Below the pieces are notes generated by a model, which was given only the letters and a program-made list of their open reading frames with translations, made no database searches and was not told the origin of the DNA. The position numbers and the translations under genes are program-made. Positions 1-7,767 of a DNA stretch of 9,184 nt are shown here, piece by piece. Every line of letters begins with the position of its first letter. Position 1 is the first letter of the stretch. Source of the stretch: Octopus sinensis (taxonomy: Eukaryota); the NCBI RefSeq assembly GCF_006345805.1, contig NW_021827943.1:1-9184 (forward strand), written 5' to 3'.

Positions 1-60
1 ATAATGGCTTCCTATACTCTCAAATAAACTCCACTGTTTTATAGCACTTACGCCAGTTTA

Positions 61-68
61 TAGATAGG

Positions 69-142
<74 letters not shown>

Positions 143-223
143 CATACATACATACATACATACATACATACATACATACATACATACATACGTACATACA
201 TACATACATAGAGAGAGAGAGAG
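61..223. repeat. Compound microsatellite (TAGA)n-(GACA)n-(CATA)n-(GA)n
   Basis: Read directly: TAGA ~61-122, GACA ~123-141, CATA ~143-209, GA ~209-223. Accounts for spurious ORFs 20..205 and 48..254. Confidence 0.98.
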
Positions 224-450
224 CTGTTATGTTAATCCACTTAAACGACATCATTTTAGACCTATTAAGCTCTTATATACACTCTAAATTACTATCTGTA
301 GAATAAACCAAATAAACTGCATACTTATACAATTGTACATCCATTAGTTTAATATGTGCATTATATATGTACACATATATATATGTGTGTGTGTGTTTTT
401 TTCTGTATGCTGTATGTATTTATGTGTACATATATACATACATACATATA

Positions 451-1715
451 CAGGGAGCGATGGGTAAATTGTCGCCCTTTTATATTTTTAATTTCGCACC
501 TGAGCATTGTTTGTATTTGATTTTGTCGGCAACACAGTATAGTAGGGTCAGTTGGGCACCGTCTGTGAGAGAACGAGCATCATGAGCACAATTCGCTCTG
601 CCAGAAATTTGAGAACGACATGCTGTACTGCTTGACATTCGCACCGGAATCTCCATTAAGATCATTTCAGAACGTTTGGGTGTCAATCTAAGAACAGTGC
701 AGAGGATTCAGAAAGAGTTGGATGAGTTTAATGGTGATTATGAAGGTAAGGCAGCTCGGAAAAGTCACTCTGATTGTTCTGATAAGAGAAGAACTCCTGA
801 ATTTGTTGGTGAGATCCAGTTCATGATTGACAACAATCCGTCCACGTCAATTAGGTCTCTGGCCAGAGACATGGGAGTGTCTGTGTTTCTTATCAGGCAG
901 GTAATGCATGAATACATTCGGTATTCCTCATACAAGATGAAAAAGGGCTAACTGGTTTTTTTATCCCCAGCCATTAAGGACAAGAGGAAGGGCCTCGCTA
1001 CGAAGCTTTTGAACAAACTCAAGCACCCACTCCAACCGAACATGATTTGGTTTTTCTCAGACAAGAAAATTTTCTGCCAGAATCAGATGGTGAACACACA
1101 GAACAATCATTGGTTTGCTGTGTCTCCAAAACATGTACCGAGAGTGATAAAAATCTAACATCCAGTCAACATCATGGTGTTTGGAGTGGTCACTGGTGAC
1201 GGCGACGTTATGCCTCTGTTCATCTTCCCACACGGCTTCAGATTCAACACGGAGGTCTACATCAAGCGTCTGGAGGAGGTAGTACTGCCCTGGGTCAAGA
1301 CCCTATATCTGGCAACAGGACTTTGCACCATGCCACACAAGCAGGAGACCCCACTCATGGCTGTCAGGCAATTTCTGCGACCACATCACCCCCTAACGTC
1401 TGGCCACCTCACTCCCCAGACTGATTATTATGTGTGGGCATAGTTGAGTAAGAGACTAACAAAACTCCTTGCAACACCAAAGATGAACTGAAGGCAAGGA
1501 TTATGGCAGCATTCACCAACTTAAACAAGGAGACTATCCAGAGGAGTTGCAGGAGATTCTGAAGTCGTCTGGTGGCCGTGGTTGAAGCCAATGGCGATTT
1601 TATTGAATAAATTTACTCTTTAGTATTTCGAGATATTTTTATGCAATTTTGGTAAATATATCTGTTAAAATGAGATGTCAATGTTATTTTCATTTTTGAG
1701 TAATTTATACGACGA
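451..1715 (+). mobile_element. Decayed Tc1/mariner DNA transposon, DD37D (maT)-like; probable left terminus present, right TIR missing
   Basis: Starts TA|CAGGGAGCGATGGGTAAATTGTCG at 451 (TA followed by a CAG end is typical of the superfamily) and contains a transposase remnant. The reverse complement of the left end is not found after the ORF; sequence switches to another repeat near 1716. Confidence 0.85.
582..1610 (+). pseudogene. Tc1/mariner (DD37D/maT-type) transposase pseudogene
   Basis: Stitched frames give HTH-like IISERLGVNLRTVQRIQKEL and NPSTSIRSLARDMGVS, then IWFFSD (D 1060-1062), MVFGVVTGDGDVMPLFIFP, WQQDFAPCH (D 1319-1321), WPPHSPD-(deletion)-DYYVW (D 1423-1425), ending VVEANGDFIE* at 1610. 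Multiple stops, frameshifts and deletions. 33 residues follow the second D up to SPD; restoring the missing 4-residue xNPL gives DD37D spacing (inference). Confidence 0.9.
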
Positions 1716-1780
1716 TGTGGTGCGGAATGACGGTAACAAGAGTTGTTGGCCCATATTTTCTGCGTGACACCATGAACACG

Positions 1781-1826
1781 GACACCTGATGAAGGCTGGA
1801 GGGTATATCAGCCGAAACGTTGTGTT
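1781..1826 (+). ncRNA. Minimal type I hammerhead ribozyme, Penelope-type (family 1, best copy)
   Basis: Stem I GACAC 1781-85 / GTGTT 1822-26; core CTGATGA 1786-92 plus an extra A; stem II GGCTGG 1794-99 / TCAGCC 1808-13; GAAA 1814-17; loopless palindromic stem III ACGT; cleavage triplet GUU ending at 1821. Confidence 0.8.
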
Positions 1827-1895
1827 AACAACAAACAAGACGAGGACAAATATCCGTCAAATGCAAATAATGTAAATAACGTACATAATTCCTCA
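1781..1895 (+). mobile_element. HHR-bearing repeat (Penelope pLTR / retrozyme-like fragment), copy 1
   Basis: HHR followed by AACAACAAACAAGACGAGGACAAATATCCGTCAAATG...AATTCCTCA. The same tail is at 3126-3185 (+) and 2822-2900 (-). Confidence 0.7.
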
Positions 1896-2132
1896 CAACA
1901 TATTTGGTTGAGAGGAAATCCACGAAATCATCCAGAAAAACAACAAAGATAAGAGAAAATATATTTATTCTGCCAACACAACTGTATTTGAGTAACATTT
2001 CCGGTAAACAGTTGGGATTATTGTTCTTAATTATGCGAGAAACGTAACAGGATAGAGTTAATAATCTTATAAAGATGATACTAATATAAATGATAATAAT
2101 ACAAATATTATTAATAATTATTATTATTATTA

Positions 2133-2342
2133 TTTCAAATTTTTGCGACATGGGCAGCCTGAGGGAGATAGTGATGAGTCGATTACATCGACCCCAGTGT
2201 TCAACTGGTACTAATTTTATCGACCCCGAAAGGATGAAAGGCAAAGTCGACCTCGACGGAATTTGAACTCAAAACATAGCGGCAGACGAAATACCACTAA
2301 GCATTTCGTCCAGCGTGCTAACGATTCTGCCAGTTCACCGCC
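2133..2342 (-). mobile_element. tRNA-derived SINE family A (resembles octopus OR1/OR2 type), near full length
   Basis: Minus strand: GGCGGTGAACTGGCAGAATCGTTAGCACGC head, B box GAGTTCAAATTCC, central GAGGTCGACTTTGCCTTTCATCCTTTCGGGGTCGATAAAAT (Meta-domain-like, from recall), AT-rich tail. Multiple copies in this window. Confidence 0.85.
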
Positions 2343-2344
2343 TT

Positions 2345-2372
2345 GATGATGATGATGATGATGATGATAATG

Positions 2373-2419
<47 letters not shown>
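2345..2419. repeat. (GAT)n grading into (AAT)n microsatellite
   Basis: Read directly; lies between two SINE A copies. Confidence 0.95.
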
Positions 2420-2420
<1 letters not shown>

Positions 2421-2621
2421 GTTTCAAGTTTTGGCACAAGACTAGCAATTTCAGGGGCGGGGTAAGTCAATTACATTGACCCCCAGTAAACAACTGGTAC
2501 TTATTTTATCGGCCCCTAAAGGATGGAAGGCCGAGCTGACCTCAGCAGAAATTTGAACTCAGAATGTAAGCACAGACGAAATGCCCCAAAGCATTTTATC
2601 GGGCATGTTAATGATTCCGCC
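2421..2621 (-). mobile_element. SINE family A copy, head partly deleted
   Basis: Colinear similarity to 2133-2342 (ATTACATTGACCCCCAG, ACTGGTACTTATTTTATC, AATTTGAACTCAGAA). Confidence 0.85.
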
Positions 2622-2647
2622 TGTGATAATGATAATAATAATAATTG

Positions 2648-2696
2648 CTTCAAATTTTGACACAAGGCCAGCAATTCCGAGGTAGTGGGTAAGTCG
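2648..2696 (-). mobile_element. SINE family A 3' fragment
   Basis: TTCAAATTTTGACACAAGGCCAGCAATT...GGGTAAGTC matches 2423-2468, then similarity stops abruptly. Confidence 0.75.
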
Positions 2697-2821
2697 GTGT
2701 CGGGGGGTTGACCTGCTTTCTCTTCTGCGGGTCTTACGAATAGCAAAGGACCACGTTTCAGACTTCTCCCACTCTGGGACGAAGACCGCTTCGCTCAACA
2801 AACAACAACAGCAATAATACT

Positions 2822-2928
2822 GTTCTGTATTTTAGCGATGAGGAATTCTGTTCATTATTTACATTTGACGAATAAGTGTCCTCATCTTGTTTGTTGTTAC
2901 CACAACGTTTCGGTTGATTTACTCTCCC
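2822..2928 (-). mobile_element. HHR-bearing repeat family 1, inverted 5'-truncated copy (3' half of the HHR only)
   Basis: Reverse complement reads GGAGAGTAAATCAACCGAAACGTTGTGGTAACAACAAACAAGATGAGGACAC...AATTCCTCA. The CTGATGA half is absent. Confidence 0.8.
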
Positions 2929-2930
2929 AC

Positions 2931-3185
2931 GGGCATATAGCATAATGGTTAAGAGCGTGGGTTACTAACCCCAAGATTTGGCTCGATTCTAGACAGTGCT
3001 TTGAATAAATAATAATAATAATATCAGCAAAAAATACCTTAGGAATGAGAACCCAGGGTTGGGTTCAAAATTCTACTAGGACACCTGATGAAAGCTGGAG
3101 AGTAAACCAGCCGAAACGTTGTGGTAAAAACAAACAAGATCAGGACACATATCCGTCCAATATAAATAATGTAAACAATGTAATA
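2931..3185 (+). mobile_element. Composite SINE-like element: tRNA-like head + (AAT)n + body + hammerhead + tail
   Basis: A box TAGCATAATGG 2938-48; anticodon-like arm GGG-TTACTAA-CCC 2959-71; B-box-like GGCTCGATTCT 2980-90; AAT run ~3004-3022; HHR at 3080-3125; shared family 1 tail. Confidence 0.65.
3080..3125 (+). ncRNA. Minimal type I hammerhead ribozyme (family 1, copy 2, partly degenerate)
   Basis: CAC 3082-84 / GTG 3121-23; CTGATGA 3085-91; stem II GCTGG 3094-98 / CCAGC 3107-11 with an A-C mismatch at its base; GAAA 3113-16; CGTT 3117-20. Confidence 0.65.
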
Positions 3186-3190
3186 ATAAT

Positions 3191-3388
3191 GTTTCAAATT
3201 TTGGGGCAGGTGAGCAAGTATTTCAAGTGGTAGGGAGTCGATTACATGACCCTAATAAGTTACTGGTACTTTATTGACCCTCAAATAATGGAAAACAAGG
3301 TTGACCTTAGCGGTATGTGAACTTAGAATGTAAAGAATTGGAAGAAATTGTTTGTCGTCGCTCAACTGGTTCTGTTCATCCACGTCTT
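3191..3388 (-). mobile_element. SINE family A, diverged copy
   Basis: GTTTCAAATTTTGG, GAGTCGATTACATGACCC, ACTGGTACTTTATTGACCC and GTTGACCTTAGCGGTATGTGAACTTAGAATGT are colinear with the other copies. Confidence 0.7.
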
Positions 3389-3420
3389 CTTTCAATAATA
3401 ATAATAATAATAATAATAAT

Positions 3421-3634
3421 CCTTTCTACTATAGGCACAAGACCTGAAATTTTACGGGAGGGGGCTAGTTGATTACATCGACCCCAGTACTCGGCAGGTA
3501 CTTATTTCATCGACCGCAAAAAGGATGAAAGGCAAAGTCGACCTCGACGGAATTTGAACTCAGAACGTAGTGACAGGTGAAATACCTCTAAGCATTTCGT
3601 CCAGCGTGCTAAAGATTCTGCCAGCTCACCTGCC
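3421..3634 (-). mobile_element. SINE family A, near full length
   Basis: Near-identical core to 2133-2342 (AAGGATGAAAGGCAAAGTCGACCTCGACGGAATTTGAACTCA). Preceded on + by (AAT)n at 3394-3420. Confidence 0.88.
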
Positions 3635-3636
3635 TA

Positions 3637-3637
<1 letters not shown>

Positions 3638-3698
<61 letters not shown>

Positions 3699-3776
3699 TA
3701 ATAATAATAACAATAATAATAAAACAATAATAATAATAACAATAATGATAATAATAATATACTAATAACAATAATG

Positions 3777-3815
<39 letters not shown>

Positions 3816-3949
3816 GTAATAATAATAGAAAATAATAATAATAATAATAATAACAATAATAATAATAATAATAACAATAATAAAATAATAATGAAATAAT
3901 AATATAATAATATAATAATAGTATAATAGTAATAATAATAATAGTAATA

Positions 3950-3980
<31 letters not shown>

Positions 3981-4006
3981 AATAATAACAATAATAATAA
4001 TAATAA

Positions 4007-4067
<61 letters not shown>

Positions 4068-4163
4068 AAATAATAATATAATAATAATATAATAATGTAA
4101 TAATAATAAAATAATAATAATAATAATAATAATAATCAAATCACATAATAATAATAATAATGA

Positions 4164-4201
<38 letters not shown>

Positions 4202-4306
4202 AATAATAATAATAATAATGAAATAATAATATAAAATAATAATAATAATAGTAATAATAATAATAATAATAAAATAATAATAATAATAATAATAATAAAT
4301 AATAAT
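3638..4306. repeat. ~670 bp imperfect (AAT)n microsatellite
   Basis: Read directly, with AAC/AGT/GAT variant units and indels. Source of the poly-I/L/Y pseudo-ORFs. Confidence 0.98.
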
Positions 4307-4309
4307 TGT

Positions 4310-4400
4310 TGTTTCTAATATATGCAAAAGGCCTGAAATTTGTAGGGACGGAGGAAAGAGTTGACCGATTATATTGAGCCCAATGCTTTATTTGTACTTT
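4310..4400 (-). mobile_element. SINE family A, old 3' fragment
   Basis: TTTCTAATATATGCAAAAGGCCTGAAATTT...CGATTATATTGAGCCCAATG aligns by eye to 3423-3490. Confidence 0.6.
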
Positions 4401-4654
4401 GAATGATCAATTTGTTATAAGAATAAAAAAAATAATTATGAAAATAGGAAGAGTTCTTGGAAAAATCTAATCATCAGCTTCTTGGTGCCATCTGCTAAAC
4501 AATTTCATTGCGTATTGTACCAATTTCATCAATTTCGCATTCTACAACGTCACCAAGCTAAAATGAAAATAAAAAAAAGAGAAAATAGAGAGATATATAC
4601 AGAAGAAATAGAACAAGCATTTTGGTTTTTTCTCATGCTAAGCAAGATGTGAAG

Positions 4655-4822
4655 ATAGATAGCTTAATGGTTAGAGTTCGTAATCATTGCGATGTGTGTT
4701 CAATCCCTGCACTGGGCAGCATATTATGTCCTTCAGCAAGACACTACGTTTCACTTTGCTTGCAAATATCAACCTTTAACTGGAGTTAACTCCATGGAGG
4801 ATCCACGTCCCAGTCAAGAGAA
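4655..4822 (+). mobile_element. Old tRNA-derived SINE (family C)
   Basis: A box TAGCTTAATGG 4660-70; B box GTTCAATCCC 4698-4707; post-tRNA motif GTCCTTCAGCAAGACACT 4728-45, common to CORE/V-type SINEs; the downstream segment loosely resembles a V domain. Confidence 0.55.
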
Positions 4823-4850
4823 AATCGTGTATTTTTCAATTAATATATTA

Positions 4851-5263
4851 TTTTACTCTTTTACTTGTTTCAGTCATTTGACTGCGGCCATGCTGCAGCA
4901 CCGCCTTTAGTCGAGCAAATCGACCCCAGGACTTATTCTTTGGAAGCCTAGTACTTATTCTACCGGTCTCTTTTGCCGAACTGCTAAGTTAAGGGGACGT
5001 AAACACACCACCATCGGTTGTCAAGTGATGTTGGGGGGACAAACACAGACACACAAATATATACACACACATACATACATATATATATATATACATATAT
5101 ATATACGACGGGCTTCTTTCAGTTTCCGTCTACCAAATCGACTCACAAGGCTTTGGTCTACCCGAGGCTATAGTAGAAGACACTTGCCCAAGGTGCCACG
5201 CAGTGGGACTGAACCCAGAACCATGTGGTTGATAAGCAAGCTACTTACCACACAGCCACTCCT
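4851..5263 (-). mobile_element. tRNA-derived SINE family B (resembles octopus OK family), full length with internal microsatellite
   Basis: Minus strand: AGGAGTGGCTGTGTGGTAAG (A box 5248-58), B box GGTTCAGTCC (5206-15), CACCTTGGGCAAGTGTCTT motif, internal (CA)/(TA) tract ~5043-5105, tail AAGTAAAAGAGTAA. Second copy at 5715-6097. Confidence 0.88.
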
Positions 5264-5306
5264 GGTATATAATGATAATAAATATATATATTATTTATTA
5301 TAATTA

Positions 5307-5381
5307 TATACATACATACGTACATACATATATACATGTGTGTGTGTGTGTGTGGTGTGTGTGTGTGTGTGTGTGTGTGTG
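5307..5381. repeat. (TACA)n then (TG)n microsatellite
   Basis: Read directly. Confidence 0.93.
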
Positions 5382-5460
5382 CATGCATATGTAATATAAG
5401 GAAAACGAAGAATTTCAACAGAGAAAAGTTCATCTTATTTATATAATAGTCAACGTCATA

Positions 5461-5553
5461 TCGTCTATGTACATTTCAATTTCTTACCTTCATTCATATT
5501 TTGCAATTAAGATTGCATTGTGCATTTAAAAGGTGAAAATCTCATCAGGGCAA
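5461..5553 (-). ncRNA. Candidate type I hammerhead with long stem II (family 2, minus-strand arm)
   Basis: Minus strand: TTGCC-CTGATGA (5548-42)-GATTTT C ACCTTT...TGCAAT CTTA ATTGCA...GAAGGT AA GAAATT-GAAA (5477-74), palindromic stem III ATGTACAT, then A, then GACGA (4 of 5 stem I pairs). Confidence 0.55.
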
Positions 5554-5606
5554 AAATTGGCAAGCAACTCTCCATCCATTAGGATGGGAATGAATTTTTA
5601 TCAATT

Positions 5607-5700
5607 TTGTCCTGATGAGATTTTTTAGTTTTTAAATGCATAATGCAATCTTAATTGCAAAATATGAATGAAGGTAAGAAATTGAAACGTACGTAAGTGA
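5607..5700 (+). ncRNA. Candidate type I hammerhead with long stem II (family 2, plus-strand arm)
   Basis: TTGTC-CTGATGA 5612-18; stem II base GATTTTTTA 5619-27 / TAAGAAATT 5675-83; apical hairpin 5644-59; GAAA 5684-87; palindrome ACGTACGT 5687-94; GUA site at 5695. Stem I is weak (AGTGA). Confidence 0.5.
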
Positions 5701-5714
5701 TATGAAATTGACTA

Positions 5715-6097
5715 TTACTCTTTTACTTGTTTCAGTCATTTGACTGCGGCCATGCTGGAGCACCGCCTTTAATCGAGCAACTCGACCCCGGGACTTATTC
5801 TTTTTGTAAGCCCAGTACTTATTCTATCGGTCTCTTTTGCCGAACCGCTAAGTAACAGGGACGGACGTAAACACACCAGCATCGGTTGTCAAGCAATGCT
5901 GGGGCAGACACACAAACAGACACACAAACACACACACACACACACACCATATACATATATATATATATATATAATATATATATATATATACTATATATAT
6001 AATATCATATACGACAGGCTTCTTTCAGTTTCCGTCTACCAAATCCACTCACAAGGCTTTGGTCGGCCCGGGGCTATAGCAGAAGACACTTGCCCAA
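5715..6097 (-). mobile_element. SINE family B copy lacking the tRNA head
   Basis: Highly similar to 4851-5191; similarity ends at GACACTTGCCCAA (6097). The internal CA/TA tract differs in length. Confidence 0.88.
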
Positions 6098-6468
6098 ATA
6101 GATTAAATTTTTCTGTGTTCAAACTCTCCATTTTAATTATTATTATTAAGATTCATTATATTACTAAAATTATATAATTAAAATTATATAATTAAAACCC
6201 TGATGCTGCAGTGTTAGTCCAGGAAAAGACCCCTTTGTAGACGTATCGTGTTGTAAGCACAATATACGTCAGAGCTAGATGAAATGAAATTACCCCCAGA
6301 AGCAACCATGGGATTGACAAATGCACATTTCACTGTTTTTGCAGCTTGTCAGAACCGTGCACTTAAGTCACTTCTGACACAAAGTCATTCCAACCAGTCT
6401 GAAATATATAGAAGCAATAAATAAATAATTCAGAGGCTGTGCGCAGAGATGCCTCAGGGCGGAATAAA

Positions 6469-6815
6469 ATTCAAATTATGCAATAGAAACATCTCTAGAT
6501 TAAAATCTTTATCTAGATAACAAACATAATGTATGTATGTCATAGAAAAGCCAGAAGCTACAGCATATGTCTAGTATTCACAAACTGTAAAAGCAATGGA
6601 ATGTGCAAGTGTCACTCTCATGGTTGCTTCTGGTGCCATTTCGTTTCATCTAGTTCTGAAGTATATTATGCTTTTAACACAATATATATCAATAAAGAGA
6701 TCTTGCCTGAGATGTCCAATGCAACCTCTGGCATTTCAACACTATACACATATGTTACGTAAGTCACAAAGATAAAGATTTTAAGCTAGAGATGCTTCTG
6801 TTGCATAATTTGAAT
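6469..6815. repeat. 46-bp inverted repeat pair bracketing ~255 bp (MITE-like or Penelope-type inversion)
   Basis: 6469-6514 versus the reverse complement of 6770-6815: 43/46 identical. No clear TSD. Confidence 0.75.
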
Positions 6816-7150
6816 ACACACACACACACATCAATTAATGAATGATAAATGAGCAGAAGTTAAGAAATCACCTTCATTAGCTTACAGCTGTTTCTGCTAT
6901 GACAAACAGTTTGTTCAGCTGAGTGCACTGCTTCTTATAGCAGAGACAGCTGTAAGCTAACAAAATTGATTAGATGCTTCTGTTGCATAATTTGAATACA
7001 CACACACATCAATTAATGAAGGATAAATGAGCAAGAGTTAAGAAATCACCTTCATTAGCTTACAGCTGTTTCTGCTATGACAAGCAGTTTGCTCAGCTGA
7101 GTGCACTGCTTCTTATAGCAGAGACAGCTGTAAGCTAACAAAATTGATTA
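6791..7150. repeat. Tandem duplication of a ~180-bp unit (6791-6972, 6973-7150), each containing an 84-bp palindrome
   Basis: Units differ by two CA repeats and a few substitutions. Palindromes at 6877-6960 and 7055-7138. Confidence 0.95.
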
Positions 7151-7217
7151 CATGATATCTATTCTTTTGTCACCTATCTATATTACTAACTGTCTATCTA
7201 CCTATCTATCTATTTAT

Positions 7218-7374
7218 CTTTTTAGTCATTAGAACATAGCTATGCTGAAGCATGAATTTTACAGAATTTTAGAGAAGCAAATCAGTGCCAGCAATTACAT
7301 TTTTCAAACCTGATACATATTCTATCGGTGCACTTTGCTGAACCACTAGTTACAGGGGCATAGACATACCAACA
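7218..7374 (-). mobile_element. SINE family B, strongly diverged 3' part
   Basis: TTTAGTCATT...CTATGCTGAAGCA...TATTCTATCGGT...TTTGCTGAACCACTAGTTACAGGGGCATAGACATACCA is colinear with 5730-5880. Confidence 0.65.
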
Positions 7375-7545
7375 GATGGATAGGTAGAGTTGCTAATGGA
7401 GGTTCGTTTTTCATGGGTCCGCAAATGAGATTTTAGCCCAGCAAAAGAAAAGCAGCTACTATCACAAATCTGTGCACACAAAAAGGTCCTTATGATTCAT
7501 TCTCTCATTGATCGTAGCATTTTTCTTTAAATTCCTTTTGAGTTT

Positions 7546-7548
<3 letters not shown>

Positions 7549-7587
<39 letters not shown>

Positions 7588-7614
7588 GACGTACATATAC
7601 TATATATATTAATA

Positions 7615-7660
<46 letters not shown>

Positions 7661-7695
7661 TGTTGTTCTTCATGTTTTTCTCCATTTGGGAGGAT

Positions 7696-7752
<57 letters not shown>

Positions 7753-7762
7753 CATATGTATA
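7549..7762. repeat. Three (TA)n tracts
   Basis: Approximately 7549-7583, 7619-7655 and 7696-7748. Confidence 0.95.
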
Positions 7763-7767
7763 TAATA

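Larger units (their letters stand above)
5444..5717. repeat. 274-bp imperfect inverted repeat (foldback)
   Basis: TAATAGTCAA 5444-53 / TTGACTATTA 5708-17; perfect 46-bp arms 5474-5519 / 5642-5687; AAAATCTCATCAGG / CCTGATGAGATTTT; central hairpin CCATCC-ATTA-GGATGG 5572-87. Confidence 0.95.

Noticed and set aside
2715-2800. HDV-like fold around GGA-CCACGT-TTC, or a permuted hammerhead on the minus strand (GAAACGTGGTC...CAGAAGA)
   Set aside because: No P1.1 GG or P2 for an HDV-like fold; stems I and II do not form for a hammerhead.
2931-3000. Functional tRNA gene
   Set aside because: Acceptor and T stems do not pair properly and the B box is mutated, so it is better explained as a SINE head.
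6196-6252. CTGATGC-TGCAG...TTGTA-GAC as a hammerhead
   Set aside because: The core has A9 replaced by C and lacks GAAA; at best a heavily decayed relic.
6347-6379. Hairpin TGTCAGAA...TTCTGACA
   Set aside because: An isolated 8-bp stem with no supporting context.
2133-7150. CRISPR-like repeat-spacer array
   Set aside because: The repeats are long SINE copies and microsatellites with irregular spacing in eukaryotic DNA, with no cas genes.
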